Notes: generated by a model from the sequence alone, not told the origin. Shown: positions 1 through 14,368, counted from the stretch's first letter. The stretch is DNA of 64,000 nt from Eledone cirrhosa (GCA_964016885.1 OZ024743.1:29078001-29142000); one strand, 5' to 3'. A program made the numbers and translations.

Positions 1-1402
1 GTATAAAACTGATGGATCAGGTTATGAAAGTGGCAGGAAGGATATTAGCACAACTAATTAAAGAAAAGGTCAAACTAGATGAGATGCAGTTTGATTTTCT
101 GCCTGGGAAGAGTACAACAGATGCCCTCTTCTTGGTGAGACAATTACAAGAGAGGTTCTTAGAGAAAAATAAGCCACTATACTTAGCCTTTGTTGACCTA
201 GAGAAGGCCTTTGATAGGGTACCCCGATCTGTCATCTGGTGGTCCTTAAGGAAACTAGGTGTTGAGGAATGGCTTGTGCAAACTTTGTACAGAGGTACTG
301 TCAGGGTAGGAATGGAGTTTAGTGAGGAATTCCAGATACAAGTAGGAGTACATCAAGGTTCGGTCCTCAGCCTGCTCTTGTTCATTATAGTCCTCCAAGC
401 CATAAAAGAGGAGTTTAAGACTGGCTGTCCATGGGAACTTCTCTATGTCGACGATCTAGTTCTTATAGCAGAATCAGTAGAGGAACTAGAGAATAAATTC
501 TGGCTTTGGAAACAGCAGTTGGAAGCAAGAGGACTGAGAGTGAACCTAGCTAAGACAAAAGTGTTGATGAGTAGAAAAGAGGACAAAACTCTGATTCCGT
601 CAGGGAAATGGCCATGTTCGATATGCAGAAAAGGAACTGGCATAAATTCTATAAAATGCACACAAGAGATGTAGTGGGATAGCAGGCAAACTAACAGGTA
701 GGTAGAAATACGTATGCAGTAGATGTACAGGGAAATTAGAGAGTAGAAGTCGCATTGATAGACACATTTTTCAAATGCAGGCGGGTGTTATAGAAGTGGT
801 GGATAGCTTCCGGTACCTAGGAGATCAGATTAGCATGGGGGGGGGGGTTTCGAGGCCATAGTATCTAGAATAAGGACGGGTTGGAAGAAGTTTAGGGAGC
901 TGCTTCCTCTGCTGACAAATAAGGGTTTCTCCCTGCGTACGAAAGGCCGGTTATATGATGCCCGTGTGAGGAGCGCAATGCTGCATGGTAGTGAGACATG
1001 GGCAGCAACTGCAAAGGATATGCGACGGCTGGAGAGAAATGAGGCAAGCATGCGTTGGATGTGCAATGTCAATGTGCGTGAATGTGTTGAGAAACTGTGT
1101 CTGAGAGTGATAGAATGTAGTGTGCGACAGAGGAGACTGAGGTGGTATGGAAATGTGATGCGCATGGAGGATGACCGATGGGTGAAGAAGTGCCAGGAAA
1201 TGCCAGTTGAAGGAAGACGTGGTAGAGGTAGACCACAAAAAACATGGGCGGGGGGTGGTGAGAACAGACCTCAGATCATTGAAGCTCACGGTGGAGATGA
1301 CGAAGGACCGTGACAAGTGGAGAGATGCTGTGCTGAATAAGACCCGTCCCACCCTTGTAAGCAGGGAAAAGCGGACGTAAAATGATGATGATGATGATTA
1401 TG
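1..1402 (+). mobile_element. RTE-clade LINE, 3' part (RT domain to tail), degenerate
   Basis: ORF 12-674 has FVDLEKAFDRV, GVHQGSVLS and LLYVDDLVL. ORF 966-1313 has MLHGSETWA...RLRWYGNVMR...GRGRP. Ends in GGACGTAAAA(TGA)n. Stops and frameshifts present. Confidence 0.92.
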
Positions 1403-1504
1403 ATATATATCATTTGTTTGCTAAAATAATCAAATTATATTAATTCAACAGTTAAACACACATAGGAATAATAAGGTTGTTACCAAAGGGCCAGATGATT
1501 GACA

Positions 1505-1920
1505 AGTCGACCTTAAATATTATTAATAGCTCTAGGAAAGACCTTTTTAACTTTGATTTTGAAAGTAGGTTTATAATTATCGATTTTCATTGTACTTTTG
1601 TAGCTGTCTCCGTGGCCTAGTTAGTAATCCTGGTCTGAAGTTCGATTCTGGTTGGGAGTAGGGTTCCTGGTAAACCTTTTCAGTTTTTTCTATTGGTTGT
1701 AAAATAAAAACGGCAAAAGGTTACATGTACCTCTCGACCAGGATTGAACCCAAGGCCAGGATCTCCACTGTCTCTAGTACCTACCACTAGGCCACAGAGA
1801 CAACTACAAACATCTTATGAAAATTCATACTTATAAACCTACTTTCAAAATTTTCAAAACAAAGTGTTGTGGTGTCGTTCCTGTCTTTCTTAATGTTATT
1901 GCTCCTACTTAAAGTCGACT
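1505..1920. repeat. Degenerate fold-back element with two convergent tRNA-like heads
   Basis: TTTTGAAAGTAGGTTTATAA...GTCTCCGTGGCCTAGT (about 1557-1621) is inversely repeated at about 1787-1850. Each arm has an A-box-like GTGGCCTAGT and a B-box-like GTTCRATYC. Confidence 0.5.
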
Positions 1921-2367
1921 TCTATATGATTTTGGGTGTTCCATAAACTACATACTCATTTTGATTCTCATCTATCTAGACTACATTTTAACCTGCAATC
2001 CATGTTTCATTTCTGTTCCACCTCATTTCTCCCCCTCCTCTCTATGTGATATTTGAATCTACTATGATTTCGGCTCAACTTATTCCTATATATATGTTTT
2101 TGCATGTCAGTTAGATTCAAACTTACAATGATTGGCATTACATATATATATATACAGTGGCCAACTAGGTCTAAAAATATTGGTTGCCAGATGAAAGGGG
2201 CCCACCTACATATAGAAGGCTATCATTTAATTTATATAATGAATAAATAACATTTTCAAAAAATACATACATGTGTGTGTATACACTACCTTCACCACTA
2301 ATTGATTTGACAGATGTCTTTAACCCATTGATACCAAATATTATTTAGTCAGTAATTCATGTGTAAG

Positions 2368-2410
<43 letters not shown>

Positions 2411-3359
2411 TTGTGTGTCTGTGTCTATAAATGTATGTTTGCATGCATGAATGAATACACTAATCTTTAGATTTAGTAGAATGTACAACCACTGATTGCA
2501 ACTATTTGCATTATGGTATATTTTGGTTTCTAGTAATTCCCTGGGAAATTGGTTGACCAAATGCTTTGCTTAGTTGTTTTATTTATTTCTTTTTTAATTT
2601 TATTCTTTCTGATAGATTTCAGGTATTTTTTGAAAGCAAAGCATTGACACCTAAAATACTAGTGGGCCCTGCAATGGTAATGTGGGCTCTTGCAATGCCA
2701 ACGTGCCCCCCTCCCCTTCCAGGGGGAGTGGCACTTTCCATTGGGCAACCTAGCCTGTCAACCACTGTATATACACACACACATATATAGTACAACCTGT
2801 TTCATGGTCGGGTTGTTGGCGACTAAACTGGCAACCCCACCAAGGTTTCTTGGTGAGGAGGATGACTTTGGACATCCTGCAGGACTAAAAACAAAACCTG
2901 TCAAAGGGCAAAGAGCTCTTAAGAGTCAATGGCCATCCAAAATCACCGGGAGAGATGACCCCTTAGCCTTTGTCAAGGCAGAATTCTAGAAGGAAAACTC
3001 TGATATAACACCTGCAACCCTGATGGTATCCAATGATGTTGACTTGTTCTTCTTTTTGGTAAATATCATCTTGGTTAAGAGAGTGGGACTGGCTTTGTGC
3101 AGTGCCTTTGCTCACTATAAAAGCTTCACGGCACAGGCATTGCTTTATATCTGGAGATCTCTCTGCACTTGTTGTCACATGGTACCATGGGCCCAGCACT
3201 ATGTGTCAATAATTGTCACAAGTGTAGTGTTCATACCAGAGTTTTCAAGTCGTTAGCTGGACTAAAAAGTCACACTCGTTTACCGCATCGGTAGGAGTTC
3301 TCCTACATGGATATAAAGTAGTGGCCGTACTCGAAAACGAGTTGGCAGCCACCATATGA

Positions 3360-3390
<31 letters not shown>

Positions 3391-3391
<1 letters not shown>

Positions 3392-5797
3392 CATCATCAT
3401 CATAATCTTCATTTAACGTCCATTTTCCACGCTAGCATGGGTTAGACGGGAGTTGTTCCACTTGAGGCAAGGCTGGTCGGGTGACCGTGTCTCGCTCATA
3501 TAGGACTATCTGGTAGGTTTTCTACGGCTGGATGCCCTTCCTAACACCAACCACATTTACAGTGTGGAACTGCGAACTTTTTACCGTGTTACCTACACGG
3601 CCACATTACAGCGTGGACTGTGTGTGTTTTTTTGTCGTGACACGTACACGATCTCGATCTCATTTTCTCATGCTGTTGGTGGGAGTGGGAGGATAGGGTA
3701 GGGATAGTGGATTGGGGTGTATATTTGGTTAAGAGGTGCCTACTGACTGTAGGTTTCACTTTGTACATAGGCAAGGCGGGTCTTCTGTATTACTGCGTAG
3801 CGCCAAAGATCTCGGTCCAGTGACATTGTCTTAGAGAGATGTGTGTGAGGTCAGAATTTATCAGATCATCCCAGATTTTCCCGGGTCTACCTACTCCGTA
3901 ACTACCATAAATTTTGATCGCCCTGCACTTTTTTATGCAGCTGTCGTCTTTCATGCGCATCACGTGACCATACCAACATAGTCTTCTCTCAAGTAAACAG
4001 CATCTGATCCCTCTTATTCCTAATTTCTCACTTCATTCATTTATGCTTTGCCGTTCACCTAAATTACTATTACACATCCAACGGAGCATGCATGCTTCGT
4101 TCCTTTCCAGTCTACGCAGGTCCTCTGCACGTAATGCCCATGTCTCACTGCCATGTAGCATTGCTGTTCGTATACAGGCATCATACAATCTGCCTTTCAT
4201 TTTTAGAGAGAAACCTTTTGTGGCCAACAGCGGTATAAGCTCTGTGAACTTTTTCCACCCCGTTCTGACTCCGGCTACTGTACTTTCAGAACACCCTCCA
4301 CCACTGCTGATTTCGTCACCCAGGTAACGGAAAGTGTCTACTATTTCTATAGAACCATCTGGGCAATAGAAGGAGCTAGTATCCTTTGGACACTTGCACC
4401 TGAGCATTGGCCACATATAAAGTCTATGTTCTTAGATAGTTTACCTGTGATCCCACTACATCTTTTATGTACCCATACTTTGCATTTGGGACATAAAATG
4501 GAATTTCTGCCTACTCCTTTCCTACACACTGAGCATGGCCATTTCCCTGAGGGCACCTGTGCCCTATTTTCCTTTCTACAAATTAGAACTTTAGTCTTAG
4601 ACAAGTTAACTTTAAGGCCTTTTGATTCTAGGCCATGCTTCCATATTTCAAATTTCTTCTCTAGTTCAGCCATTGATCCGGCTATGAGCGTTAGATCATC
4701 TGTGTATAGGAGTTCCCATGGGCATCCGGTCTTGAACTCCTCTGTTATAGCCTGAAGGCCAATAATAAATAAGAGGGGGCTAAGGACAGAGCCTTGATGA
4801 ACGCCAACTTTTACACTAAATTCTTCACAATATTCATTGTTAATTCTAACCTTGTTTCATTATACATAGCTTGCATAGCTCTCACAAGCCATTCATCTAC
4901 ACCTAGTTTTCTAAGAGCCCACCAGATAATGGAGCGGGGGACTCTGTCAAAAGCTTTCTCCAGGTCTACAAAAGCTAAGTAGAGGGGTTTACTTTTAGCT
5001 AGGTACTTCTCTTATAGTTGTCGTACAAGGAAAAGAGTGTCTGTGGTACTTTTACCTGACACAAACCCAAACTGCATTTCATCTAGATCAATTCGCTCAC
5101 TGTTTAGGTGCGCTATAACTCTTTCTGTGACCTTCATGACCTGGTCAACTAACTTAATGCCTCTATAGTTTTCCCTATCTAGAGCATCCCCTTTACCCTT
5201 GTAGCAATTAATGATGATGCTGCTACGCCAGTCTTTCGGTATGACCCCATTCTGTATTACTTGGTTAACTATACGGGTGACCATAGTGTGTCCCACCATA
5301 CCAGATGCCTTCAATATCTCAGCAACTATCTCCGAAGGCCCAGCTGCCTTGCCTGTCTTCATATCTTTGATTGCCTTACTTATTATACTACCTTTAACTT
5401 GCACCGCTGGTCCTTCTATTGGATCGATTTGGGGCAGACTATCTTTTTCCCATTTATTCTCCTCATTTAATATTCTCTCGTAGTGACACTTCCAGGCTAT
5501 CTTCTTATCAGTATCAGTGAGCGCAACCATTATCATTACGGACACACTTCTCCCTGACAATATCACGGTTTTCCTTGACACATTGTCTAGCAATCCTGAA
5601 CACCTCACGTTTTTGGTCCTCACGTTGTAGAACATGCTTGAATTTTCTATCCTCTGCTACCCTTTTTGCAAGGTACACTTGTCTCCTAACTTCTCTCCTG
5701 GCCACTTGATAGTGCTCCCTACTTCCCCCATCCTGCCATACTTTCCAAGCCTGCTTTTTGGCCTTGATTGTCTCTTCCACCTTACTGTTCCACCACA
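3391..5797 (-). mobile_element. RTE-clade LINE, 5'-truncated, degenerate
   Basis: Minus-strand ORF pieces 5514-5816, 5012-5635 (KAAGP, KGKGDALDRENYRGI), 4347-4673 and 4033-4416 (FRYLGD, MLHGSETW). (TGA)n tail near 3391. Confidence 0.92.
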
Positions 5798-5825
5798 TGT
5801 ATATACACACACACACACATATATA

Positions 5826-5857
<32 letters not shown>

Positions 5858-5909
5858 GTATGTATGTATATATATATATATATATATATATAATGTATAT
5901 ATATGAATG

Positions 5910-5974
<65 letters not shown>

Positions 5975-6099
5975 GTGTGTATGTATGTATCTAAATATGG
6001 TGCGGGTGTATATAATTATTTATCGTACTTGTGTACATCAAATTTTCTGGTAAAACATTCCAACAATCTTTCATCCTAAGAGGAAAAAATGTCCTAATA

Positions 6100-6410
6100 T
6101 TCATTATTCCATATTCTTCGAATATTTTATATACATATTCTCTCATTTCACTTCATTTCTATTTTGATCTCTACTTTTCCATTAATAATCTTAAAGGTTT
6201 CAATTAAATCATCTCTTCTTTCATCAAGAGTAGCTCATGATAGTTTCTTTAATCTTTCTTCACATAATTGCCATAAATTAGGTTTTATAGCACTTCTTTG
6301 TACTTTTTTTTATTTTGTCTATATCTTTTCTTAGATGTAGAGACCAGGCTTAAACAACAACAAATTCTAAATGTGGACATATATGTCTTGTACAAAACTT
6401 TTTTTTAGCT
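6100..6410 (-). mobile_element. Old CR1/L2-type LINE C-terminal remnant
   Basis: Minus strand reads, across frameshifts, YKTY..PHLE...WS..L.KDI..K.VQR.A...EERLK.L...L.ERR.DLIETFK. Confidence 0.6.
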
Positions 6411-7499
6411 TAACCCATTCACTACCATATTTCTCATGAAAGACAACCAAATAATTTTGAAACTAATCAATTATTTCATTATATAACTAATTTTGTTGTT
6501 ATATATCTGGTGATTTGAACAAAGCTTCTTACATAAAATTATAGATAAATATAAACACTTTAAATTAAACTGCTTTGTGTGACAAAACCAGTTGTTTCAG
6601 GCAGTTTCGTATCAAAACGTTTACATAATTAATCTAATTGGTTTGTTGTATTTACTATACTTGCTCTTCTGATTTCAAGTTGCTTGTGATTATTACTCCA
6701 AGAACTTTTTCTTTATTTACTACCATCCAGTGACGTGCAAAGGTTTGGTGAAGTCTAAGGCCAACACCTTGATTGTATACCACTAAAACTCAAGTATAAG
6801 GCCTAGTACTGAGAAACGAGAGCAAGGAAGACATTTTAAATATGTAAAAATAGATGAAACATGATATAAGCACTTAAAATTAAAATAAAATTAGCCACAA
6901 GAGTTTTGTCGGCATAAAAAAACATTAAATCTTATAATTCCATCTGTCATCAACAAGAGAATATTAATTCAAGTTAATGTTGCGAACTACATAGAGAGAG
7001 ACCTTCTAAGTGGTTCTCTACTTGCTAGAAATAACAGCCAAATTTGTTTTATATCACTCTTTTATATATATTAAAAAAGGAAAAATGGGTCCGATAAAAT
7101 AAAGACGGGGTAGAGTGCTTTTGACCATAGGATCAAAGCTAACCTAGGGTTAAACAGCAAGTTTTCTCCACACATAGTAACATACAGGAATTGTTTACAA
7201 AGTTTGACGACTCGATAACAAACAACAAACTCAAGAAAAGAATTAATAATATTCCCTTTAAAGAAAAAGAAAATTCAAATAAATATGAACAGAAAAAATA
7301 TCGCCAATTAGGGTCTTATGAATCAGAACTTACGAGATCTGATTTTCAATTGTGTAGCAAATCTTTTCTAATAAAGATTAACGCGGTTCCTTTACATCAG
7401 GAGTCGGCAACCCCCGGCCCACCAACAGGTTTCAATCTTAAGCTTAGTGATCCCTGAAAAAGTGCTCTGAATTATTTTGGATTAGAATACGAACGAGAG

Positions 7500-8021
7500 C
7501 AGTGGTCGGCAACCGGTGGTCCGAGAGAGAATTTTGGGTGGTCCGCAGAAAAATGTGGACATTATTTGCAATTTTTGTTTTATTAATAACAAAACAAAAA
7601 GAATATTCGGTTGAAATATATTTTATAACCCAACCCGCTTAAAAATGTTTCTCCTCGATAAAGCATGAAAGAATTTTACATCATTGGAGCCAAAAATCCA
7701 TGAACTTATTTCAAACATGCAGGAACAAATATCACACTAAAAATGTGTAATACTTAAATAGGCTTCAATTATTTTGTAATAAACTAACTTTAATAATATT
7801 GTTACAATTAAACAAGCTTTAAATATTTTGTTATGATTACATAAGCATTTATAATTTTGTTAGATTTAATAGATGCATTTCATATTAGTAAAATGGAAGT
7901 TCTCTGATCATTATTTTAGAAATGTATTTATCTTTAAAAAAAAAAAAAATTATAAGTGGTCTGTAGGATTTGAAATTATGAATTTAGTGGTCTGAAAGGT
8001 TTAAAAGGTTGGCGATCGCTG
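7500..8021. mobile_element. Nested hAT MITE
   Basis: TIRs CAGTGGTCGGCAACC / GGTTGGCGATCGCTG. Putative 8-bp TSD matches at only 5/8. Confidence 0.65.
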
Positions 8022-8085
8022 GACTAGATAACGTCTAGCCACAAGACTCACTTAGCTGAACGTCATTTTTTGCATGACAGTAACA

Positions 8086-8262
8086 AATAATTGTTTCTAC
8101 TTTAGGCACAAGGCCAGCAATTATCCAGTACATTACTGGTACTTTATTTTATCGACCCCCTAAGGATGAAAGGCAAAGTCAACCTCGGCGGGATTTGAAC
8201 TCAGATCGTAAAGGGACGTAACTATGCTGGAAAGCATGGCGTCCGACCCTCTACCGATACTG
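8086..8262 (-). mobile_element. tRNA-derived SINE with Nin/Deu-like core
   Basis: A box TGGCAGTATCGG, B box GAGTTCAAATCC, core GCCTTTCATCCTT..GGGGTCGATAAAATAAAGTACCAG, tail GCCTTGTGCC.AAAGTAGAAACAATTATT. Confidence 0.9.
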
Positions 8263-9437
8263 AACAAATAATGAAACTCAGACAGACAGAGTAGTCAGAC
8301 ATCAAGGTCCAGGGGACAATGTGTGTATGTATCTGTGTATATACGTGCATACATGGTATGTGTATGGCAGGGATGTGAAATGACCCAGACTTACCTAAAA
8401 AAGGTAGCGTGTCTGGCATATATTTATTTTATTTCATCCTCAAAATTGTTCATTTTAGTTTGCTGTCTGGTAGTAAAACATCTGTGACTGTATTCGATAA
8501 TAATCAATGTTTATTTATTTTTCTATTAAAAGTGTTCAGTGTTATTAGAAGTAAATTTTTTTATTGAACAAATGGCAGCCCTGATCTAAATACACCAGCA
8601 TGTATCGTGGTTTTGTCGCAGTTTGTTAAAAATGTCGTAGTATTTTATCATATTACTGTATTCGTTTTTACATATGTTGTCATTACTTATTTGACATCAT
8701 GGCCCACCGACGAGACACTGCATAGCTATGTGGCCCACACACCCAAAAGGTTGCCGACCCTTGCTTTACATAGTTTAAAGGAAAATTGAAATTGTATTAT
8801 TAAAGATGAATTTAGATTAGCAAAAAAATTAAAAAAAATTGCAACATGTTTTCTAATCCTAATCATAGCCAAATTCGAACCGTAACACCTAACTTTAGCC
8901 TCAGTCCTAACTTCAATCTCGAACACATAACCTTAATTTGTATTTATTTCAATTTGAAACTCGAAGTAAAAACAAAGAGGCGCTCTCTTTTCAATCTCAT
9001 TGTTCATGTGTACAGTTTATCTACGGAAGTTAAACCAACGAAAAAGTGTCTAACAGATGAAACGAATTAAAAGCACGAATAGATTTTAAAATTATTCAGA
9101 AATATTTTATGATAGGATTAATTATAAGAGAAGTTAGGTAGAATAAATCCCTGAACTCACATGGTCTTCTTATTGGAACGATGGCTACGCCATTCATAGG
9201 CAGACGACAGAGTTTCCGTTATCATTCGGAATAATTTATCGATGTTCGCTCTTTTCCGCTGCAACTACATGTGTACCTGATTCATAACATTTTTTTTTAT
9301 CCGCTTTTATTTTATTTTGTTTTGTTTCGTTCATTAGTCATGTCAACAATTTGCTTACTGGTCGAACAGACTTGGATCAAACGTGTTCCAGCCGCAACCA
9401 TTCATCATTTCATGGGTATCTATGAGTTCTCATTTTG

Positions 9438-9625
9438 AATAATTGTTTCTACTTTTGACACAAGGCCAGCAAATATCCAGTACATTACTGGTACTTTATG
9501 TTATTGACCCCGTAAGGATGAAAGGCAAAGTTAACCTCGGCGCGATTTGAACTCAGAATGGCAAGGGGCGTAAGTCTATACGCAAAAGCATAGTGTCCGA
9601 CCCTCTACCGATACTGCCAATCCAC
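9438..9625 (-). mobile_element. SINE, same family
   Basis: Full-length match to the other copies. Confidence 0.9.
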
Positions 9626-9926
9626 AGTAATATGAGGGAGTTTTGGCTGCTCTATACAATAGGCCGGGACCTGATTGTATCACGACCTAATTACTTTTTA
9701 AAGAGTCTAGCGAGGAAGACACAAAGCCTATATATATATGTATGTATATGGTGTTCCCAAAAATGTATACACACTTTGATTACCTGTACAGGCAATAATT
9801 ATTAGAATGCTGTTGAAGTGTGTATACATTTAGGGGAGACATCCTATATATATATTACGGGTCAGTGTCAGATTAAAAACACAAGTGATCAGTGCCGGAT
9901 TAAGTCACTAATGATCAGTGGGCAAT

Positions 9927-9988
9927 TACCCACTCTATCGAGTACTCTGGTGTGTTATGGTCCACCTGTTTCCTTACCACACTTTCTT

Positions 9989-9992
<4 letters not shown>
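9927..9992 (+). repeat. Short (TA)n-abutting repeat, probable PLE 3' tail (family J); related pieces at about 33758-33830, 36505-36692, 52248-52290, 56885-57000, 58980-59142
   Basis: Shared GAGTACTCTGGTGYGTTATGGTCCACCTG...TACCACAC and/or GAGCTCAGCCGTCGGGGTC. Confidence 0.6.
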
Positions 9993-10040
<48 letters not shown>

Positions 10041-10072
10041 AATAACAAAGAACGCCTATAGCATATGCATAT

Positions 10073-10130
10073 CTTTACTTGCTAACATTGTTTCATCCGC
10101 ACTATAAGTGGGACTCATCAGAGCATAAAG
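10073..10130 (-). ncRNA. Minimal type I hammerhead ribozyme (PLE pLTR)
   Basis: TGCT-CTGATGA-GTCC..GGAT-GAAAC-AAT-GTT-AGCA on the minus strand. Confidence 0.8.
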
Positions 10131-10733
10131 GTTAATTACATACCACACAAGCAATAACAAATCCAAGACATTGAAGAATGAAAAATAATAGAAGATAAAG
10201 GATATTAAGGAAGTAAAAGTAAAAATAAGAATAAAAATAAAAATAAAAATAAAAATAAAAATAAAAATAATAAAATAAACAATGAAAAATAAGGGGTGCT
10301 ATCAGTCACAGTTGGGCGGGGTGCTGTCAACATATAGTTACATACAAGCATACACATGGATAAGAGAACAGACAAGAGTAGATAAGATAGATAGGATTAG
10401 GTAAGAGTAGGTAAAAAATAGGTGAAAAACAGACTTATAATATATATAAGAAAATATAAAAAAATATAACAAACTTACATATAAAATATAAAATATAAAA
10501 TATACAGATAATAGTGATACAGGGTAAGGAATGAAATAAAATAATATAAAATTAAAATTAAAATTATATAAAATAGAACATAATATAATATAATCATAAA
10601 ATAAGATAAAATAAGGTAAACTAAAATAAAATAAAATAGACTAAAGTAAAATAATATAATATAAGATATAATTAAATGTAATTAAATAAATAAATAAATA
10701 AAATTAAATAAATAAATAAAATTAAAATTAAAA

Positions 10734-10773
<40 letters not shown>

Positions 10774-13140
10774 GTAAATAAATAAATAAATGAAATTAAA
10801 TAAATAAATAAATAAAATTAAATAAAATGAAATGAAATAAAATAAAATAAAATAAAGTAAATTGAGATAAGATATATATTTTTTTAGAATATATCTCTTG
10901 AATATATCAGGGGCCCACGAAGGCACTAAGTGTCACAGTTATCTGTATCACTTGACCATTTTTTTAGAATATATTTCTTGAAAATATCAGGGGCCCACGA
11001 AGGCACTAAGTGTCACAGTCACCAGTATCACTTGACCATTGCAAGGCAATGGAGGCGTCCCAGGTTGGGCAGTCTCAAAAGTTCACTCGAAAGTCACGGG
11101 TGTGCATTCACACAGTTGAGCGGTGGGGTAATCACAAACCGGTTCACACCCGGGCAGGAGTCCAATGGTCAAACAGAGGTGCATCGAAGGAAGGTAGGAG
11201 AATTCACGTGCAGTAGCAAGAGGCCGAAAGCAAGGTGCAGGCGGGTTAGCCAAAGCAAGCAGACACAGTTGGAGCGCATACAAAAGATATATAAAAAGAC
11301 AAAATATATATAAAAAATAGCTTCAAGAGCCATGAAGTCACCGCATTGGGACATCACAAGATTATACACACCAATATGTTCAGCACGTATATGCACATAT
11401 ACACACCACATGCATATGCAGAGACGGTATACATATATATATATTTTTTTTATATACAGACATATACAACCACCTACACCCATACACATATAAATGTATA
11501 CACAGACACACACGCACACACACACAGCGTAGGACACCCGGGTCAAAGCTGATATTAAACACAGAAATACCACATTAGGCAAGACCCACCACCACGGATA
11601 ATACATTCAAAATAAATACATACGATGAGATGTAGTAAAATAAAATTGAATTCCTACGGAGATAATCATGTCCGCACGTGCCATTGCCCGATTTAAGTGT
11701 ACACAGACCGTTAGTAACTACGGAGGGCTATCGGGGCCAAAACGTTACTTTCGGGATCATAACAACGACCGTCAATATATGGAAGGCCGATCGTGCTAGA
11801 AAGACTACAACCCCGGGCAAGAGCTCCCAGAAGTCAGCCTGTAGATCTTAAACCACAGAATAGGAGGGCAACACGTACATGCGCCACGTATCTACTGCTT
11901 ACGGCGAGATGGCACAGGTCCGCCCACAGTTACAGGCTAAATTTCTATTAGTGCAGCCTATATCACAGTACACGCTCTACATAGATACATTACATCACAA
12001 CTCATGCGCATACAGAGGTACAGATCCACAAGATACACGTCAGGATAGACCCACCAATGCACCAATGGTGGGTAGGCGAGCGTGGATGGGTTACATCCGC
12101 TGTGCCAAACAGGGGTGCTTATTAACATACACACCCACTCACCTGTACACCCCAATATCCAGATCAATATCCTCCCGCAGGCATACGTATACACTCACCG
12201 ACTCATATACATAGAAGACAAACAATAGGAGACAGTTACACACAATCAGAGACAGTTACACAAGATAGCCCAACTGGAGAAATAAGGAAGTGCTAGCTAA
12301 TAGGTTTAAAGTAGAAGAAAGAGCTTAATATTCGGTGGGGGCAAGAGGAAAATATTTCTGACTTTCTATTTAGTAGAGGGCATTTAGCAAATATAATAGA
12401 GTGGGATTCGGCAAGGCATAGGTTACATACTCTATTATGAGGAGTATATGGATGGGATTTAGCAACCTGCCGCCAAGTAAGTGTGTAATGTGTTCGTGCA
12501 TTTTTTAAATTGTGGACGTACGCTGCCAAGGAGGTGGAGTTCCTAAGTTTATTATGTCTAAAAGTGCACTGGTGAGAGTTAAACCTGGTCTTAAAGGGGG
12601 TGGAGGTTGATCCTATATAGGTTTTAGTGGACGCCGTAGTTACCACATCACACGCATAAACTATGTTTCTAACAAGGCAGAAACCATTCAGGGGGCAGCC
12701 TGAAGCCCTTCTACAGTTACAACTTCTGGTGATGCTATTCTCAGAATGATCACCACTTTCGAGTGAACTTTTGAGACTGCCCAACCTGGGACGCCTCCAT
12801 TGCCTTGCAATGGTCAAGTGATACTGGTGACTGTGACACTTAGTGCCTTCGTGGGCCCCTGATATTTTCAAGAAATATATTCTAAAAAAATGGTCAAGTG
12901 ATACAGATAACTGTGACACTTAGTGCCTTCGTGGGCCCCTGATATATTCAAGAGATATATTCTAAAAAAATATATATCTTATCTCAATTTACTTTATTTT
13001 ATTTTATTTTATTTTATTTCATTTCATTTTATTTAATTTTATTTATTTATTTATTTTATTTCATTTATTTATTTATTTACTTATTTATTTATTTATTTAT
13101 TTATTTAATTTTAATTTTAATTTTATTTATTTATTTAATT

Positions 13141-13176
<36 letters not shown>

Positions 13177-13795
13177 TTACATTTAATTATATCTTATATT
13201 ATATTATTTTACTTTAGTCTATTTTATTTTATTTTAGTTTACCTTATTTTATCTTATTTTATGATTATATTATATTATGTTCTATTTTATATAATTTTAA
13301 TTTTAATTTTATATTATTTTATTTCATTCCTTACCCTGTATCACTATTATCTGTATATTTTATATTTTATATTTTATATGTAAGTTTGTTATATTTTTTT
13401 ATATATATTATAAGTCTGTTTTTCACCTATTTTTTACCTACTCTTACCTAATCCTATCTATCTTATCTACTCTTGTCTGTTCTCTTATCCATGTGTATGC
13501 TTGTATGTAACTATATGTTGACAGCACCCCGCCCAACTGTGACTGATAGCACCCCTTATTTTTCATTGTTTATTTTATTATTTTTATTTTTATTTTTATT
13601 TTTATTTTTATTTTTATTTTTATTTTTATTTTTATTTTTATTTTTATTTTTATTTTTATTTTTATTTTTATTTTTATTTTTATTTTTATTTTTATTCTTA
13701 TTTTTACTTTTACTTCCTTAATATCCTTTATCTTCTATTATTTTTCATTCTTCAATGTCTTGGATTTGTTATTGCTTGTGTGGTATGTAATTAAC

Positions 13796-13853
13796 CTTTA
13801 TGCTCTGATGAGTCCCACTTATAGTGCGGATGAAACAATGTTAGCAAGTAAAG
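13796..13853 (+). ncRNA. Minimal type I hammerhead ribozyme (inverted pLTR copy)
   Basis: CTTTATGCT CTGATGA GTCC CACTTATAGTGC GGAT GAAAC AAT GTT AGCAAGTAAAG. Confidence 0.8.
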
Positions 13854-13980
13854 ATATGCATATGCTATAGGCGTTCTTTGTTATTTATTATATCACGGCT
13901 CTGTCCTCAGACATCGAGCTAACCTTATACTGCCTGCTGGATAAGTGGAGTGTTATACACCCCTGATCCTCTCCCTAGTA

Positions 13981-14040
<60 letters not shown>

Positions 14041-14368
14041 ATAATATGTTTTTTTTATAAAAACAATATAAAAAAAGAAAATATGTATGACCGATTGACA
14101 CAGAGTTGACTTAATATTTTCATTTGTTTTGTGGTTATATTTTTATGCGAAGCTGGCCTTGTGCCTAATGTAGAAACAATTAAGTAATGCGAGTATGTGT
14201 TGAATTTTGACAATTGTGGTAATTTCAAGCAATCTATAACGTCAGCATATTTGTTTTAGTAAAACATATGAACTTTGCTATTATGTAATTTTTAACTGCA
14301 TCGTTTATTTAGATATATTGTACTTACTTTATTGCTCCCGATATTTATAAAAGAACATTATTTATAAC

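Larger units (their letters stand above)
7398..8763. mobile_element. Non-autonomous hAT (Charlie-like) element carrying nested insertions
   Basis: TIRs CAGGAGTCGGCAACC / GGTTGCCGACCCTTG. Perfect 8-bp TSD CTTTACAT at 7390-7397 and 8764-8771. Confidence 0.85.
10036..13985 (-). mobile_element. 5'-truncated Penelope-like element (Hydra-clade-like GIY-YIG) with about 1.05-kb inverted pseudo-LTR
   Basis: ORF 12293-12919 includes CNCRRASGCPLNGFCL, IVYAC..TYIGST..FKTRFNSH and CNLCLAE..LLNRKSE. 10036-11094 is inversely repeated at 12755-13890. (TA)n on both sides. Confidence 0.9.

Noticed and set aside
2791-3360. GC-richer segment, possibly a LINE 5' UTR or exon
   Set aside because: No diagnostic protein or RNA motif that I could support.
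10930-11313. ORF sharing its first 55 aa with ORF 12293-12919
   Set aside because: Artefact of the inverted pLTR. Only the GIY-YIG part of 12293-12755 is real coding remnant.
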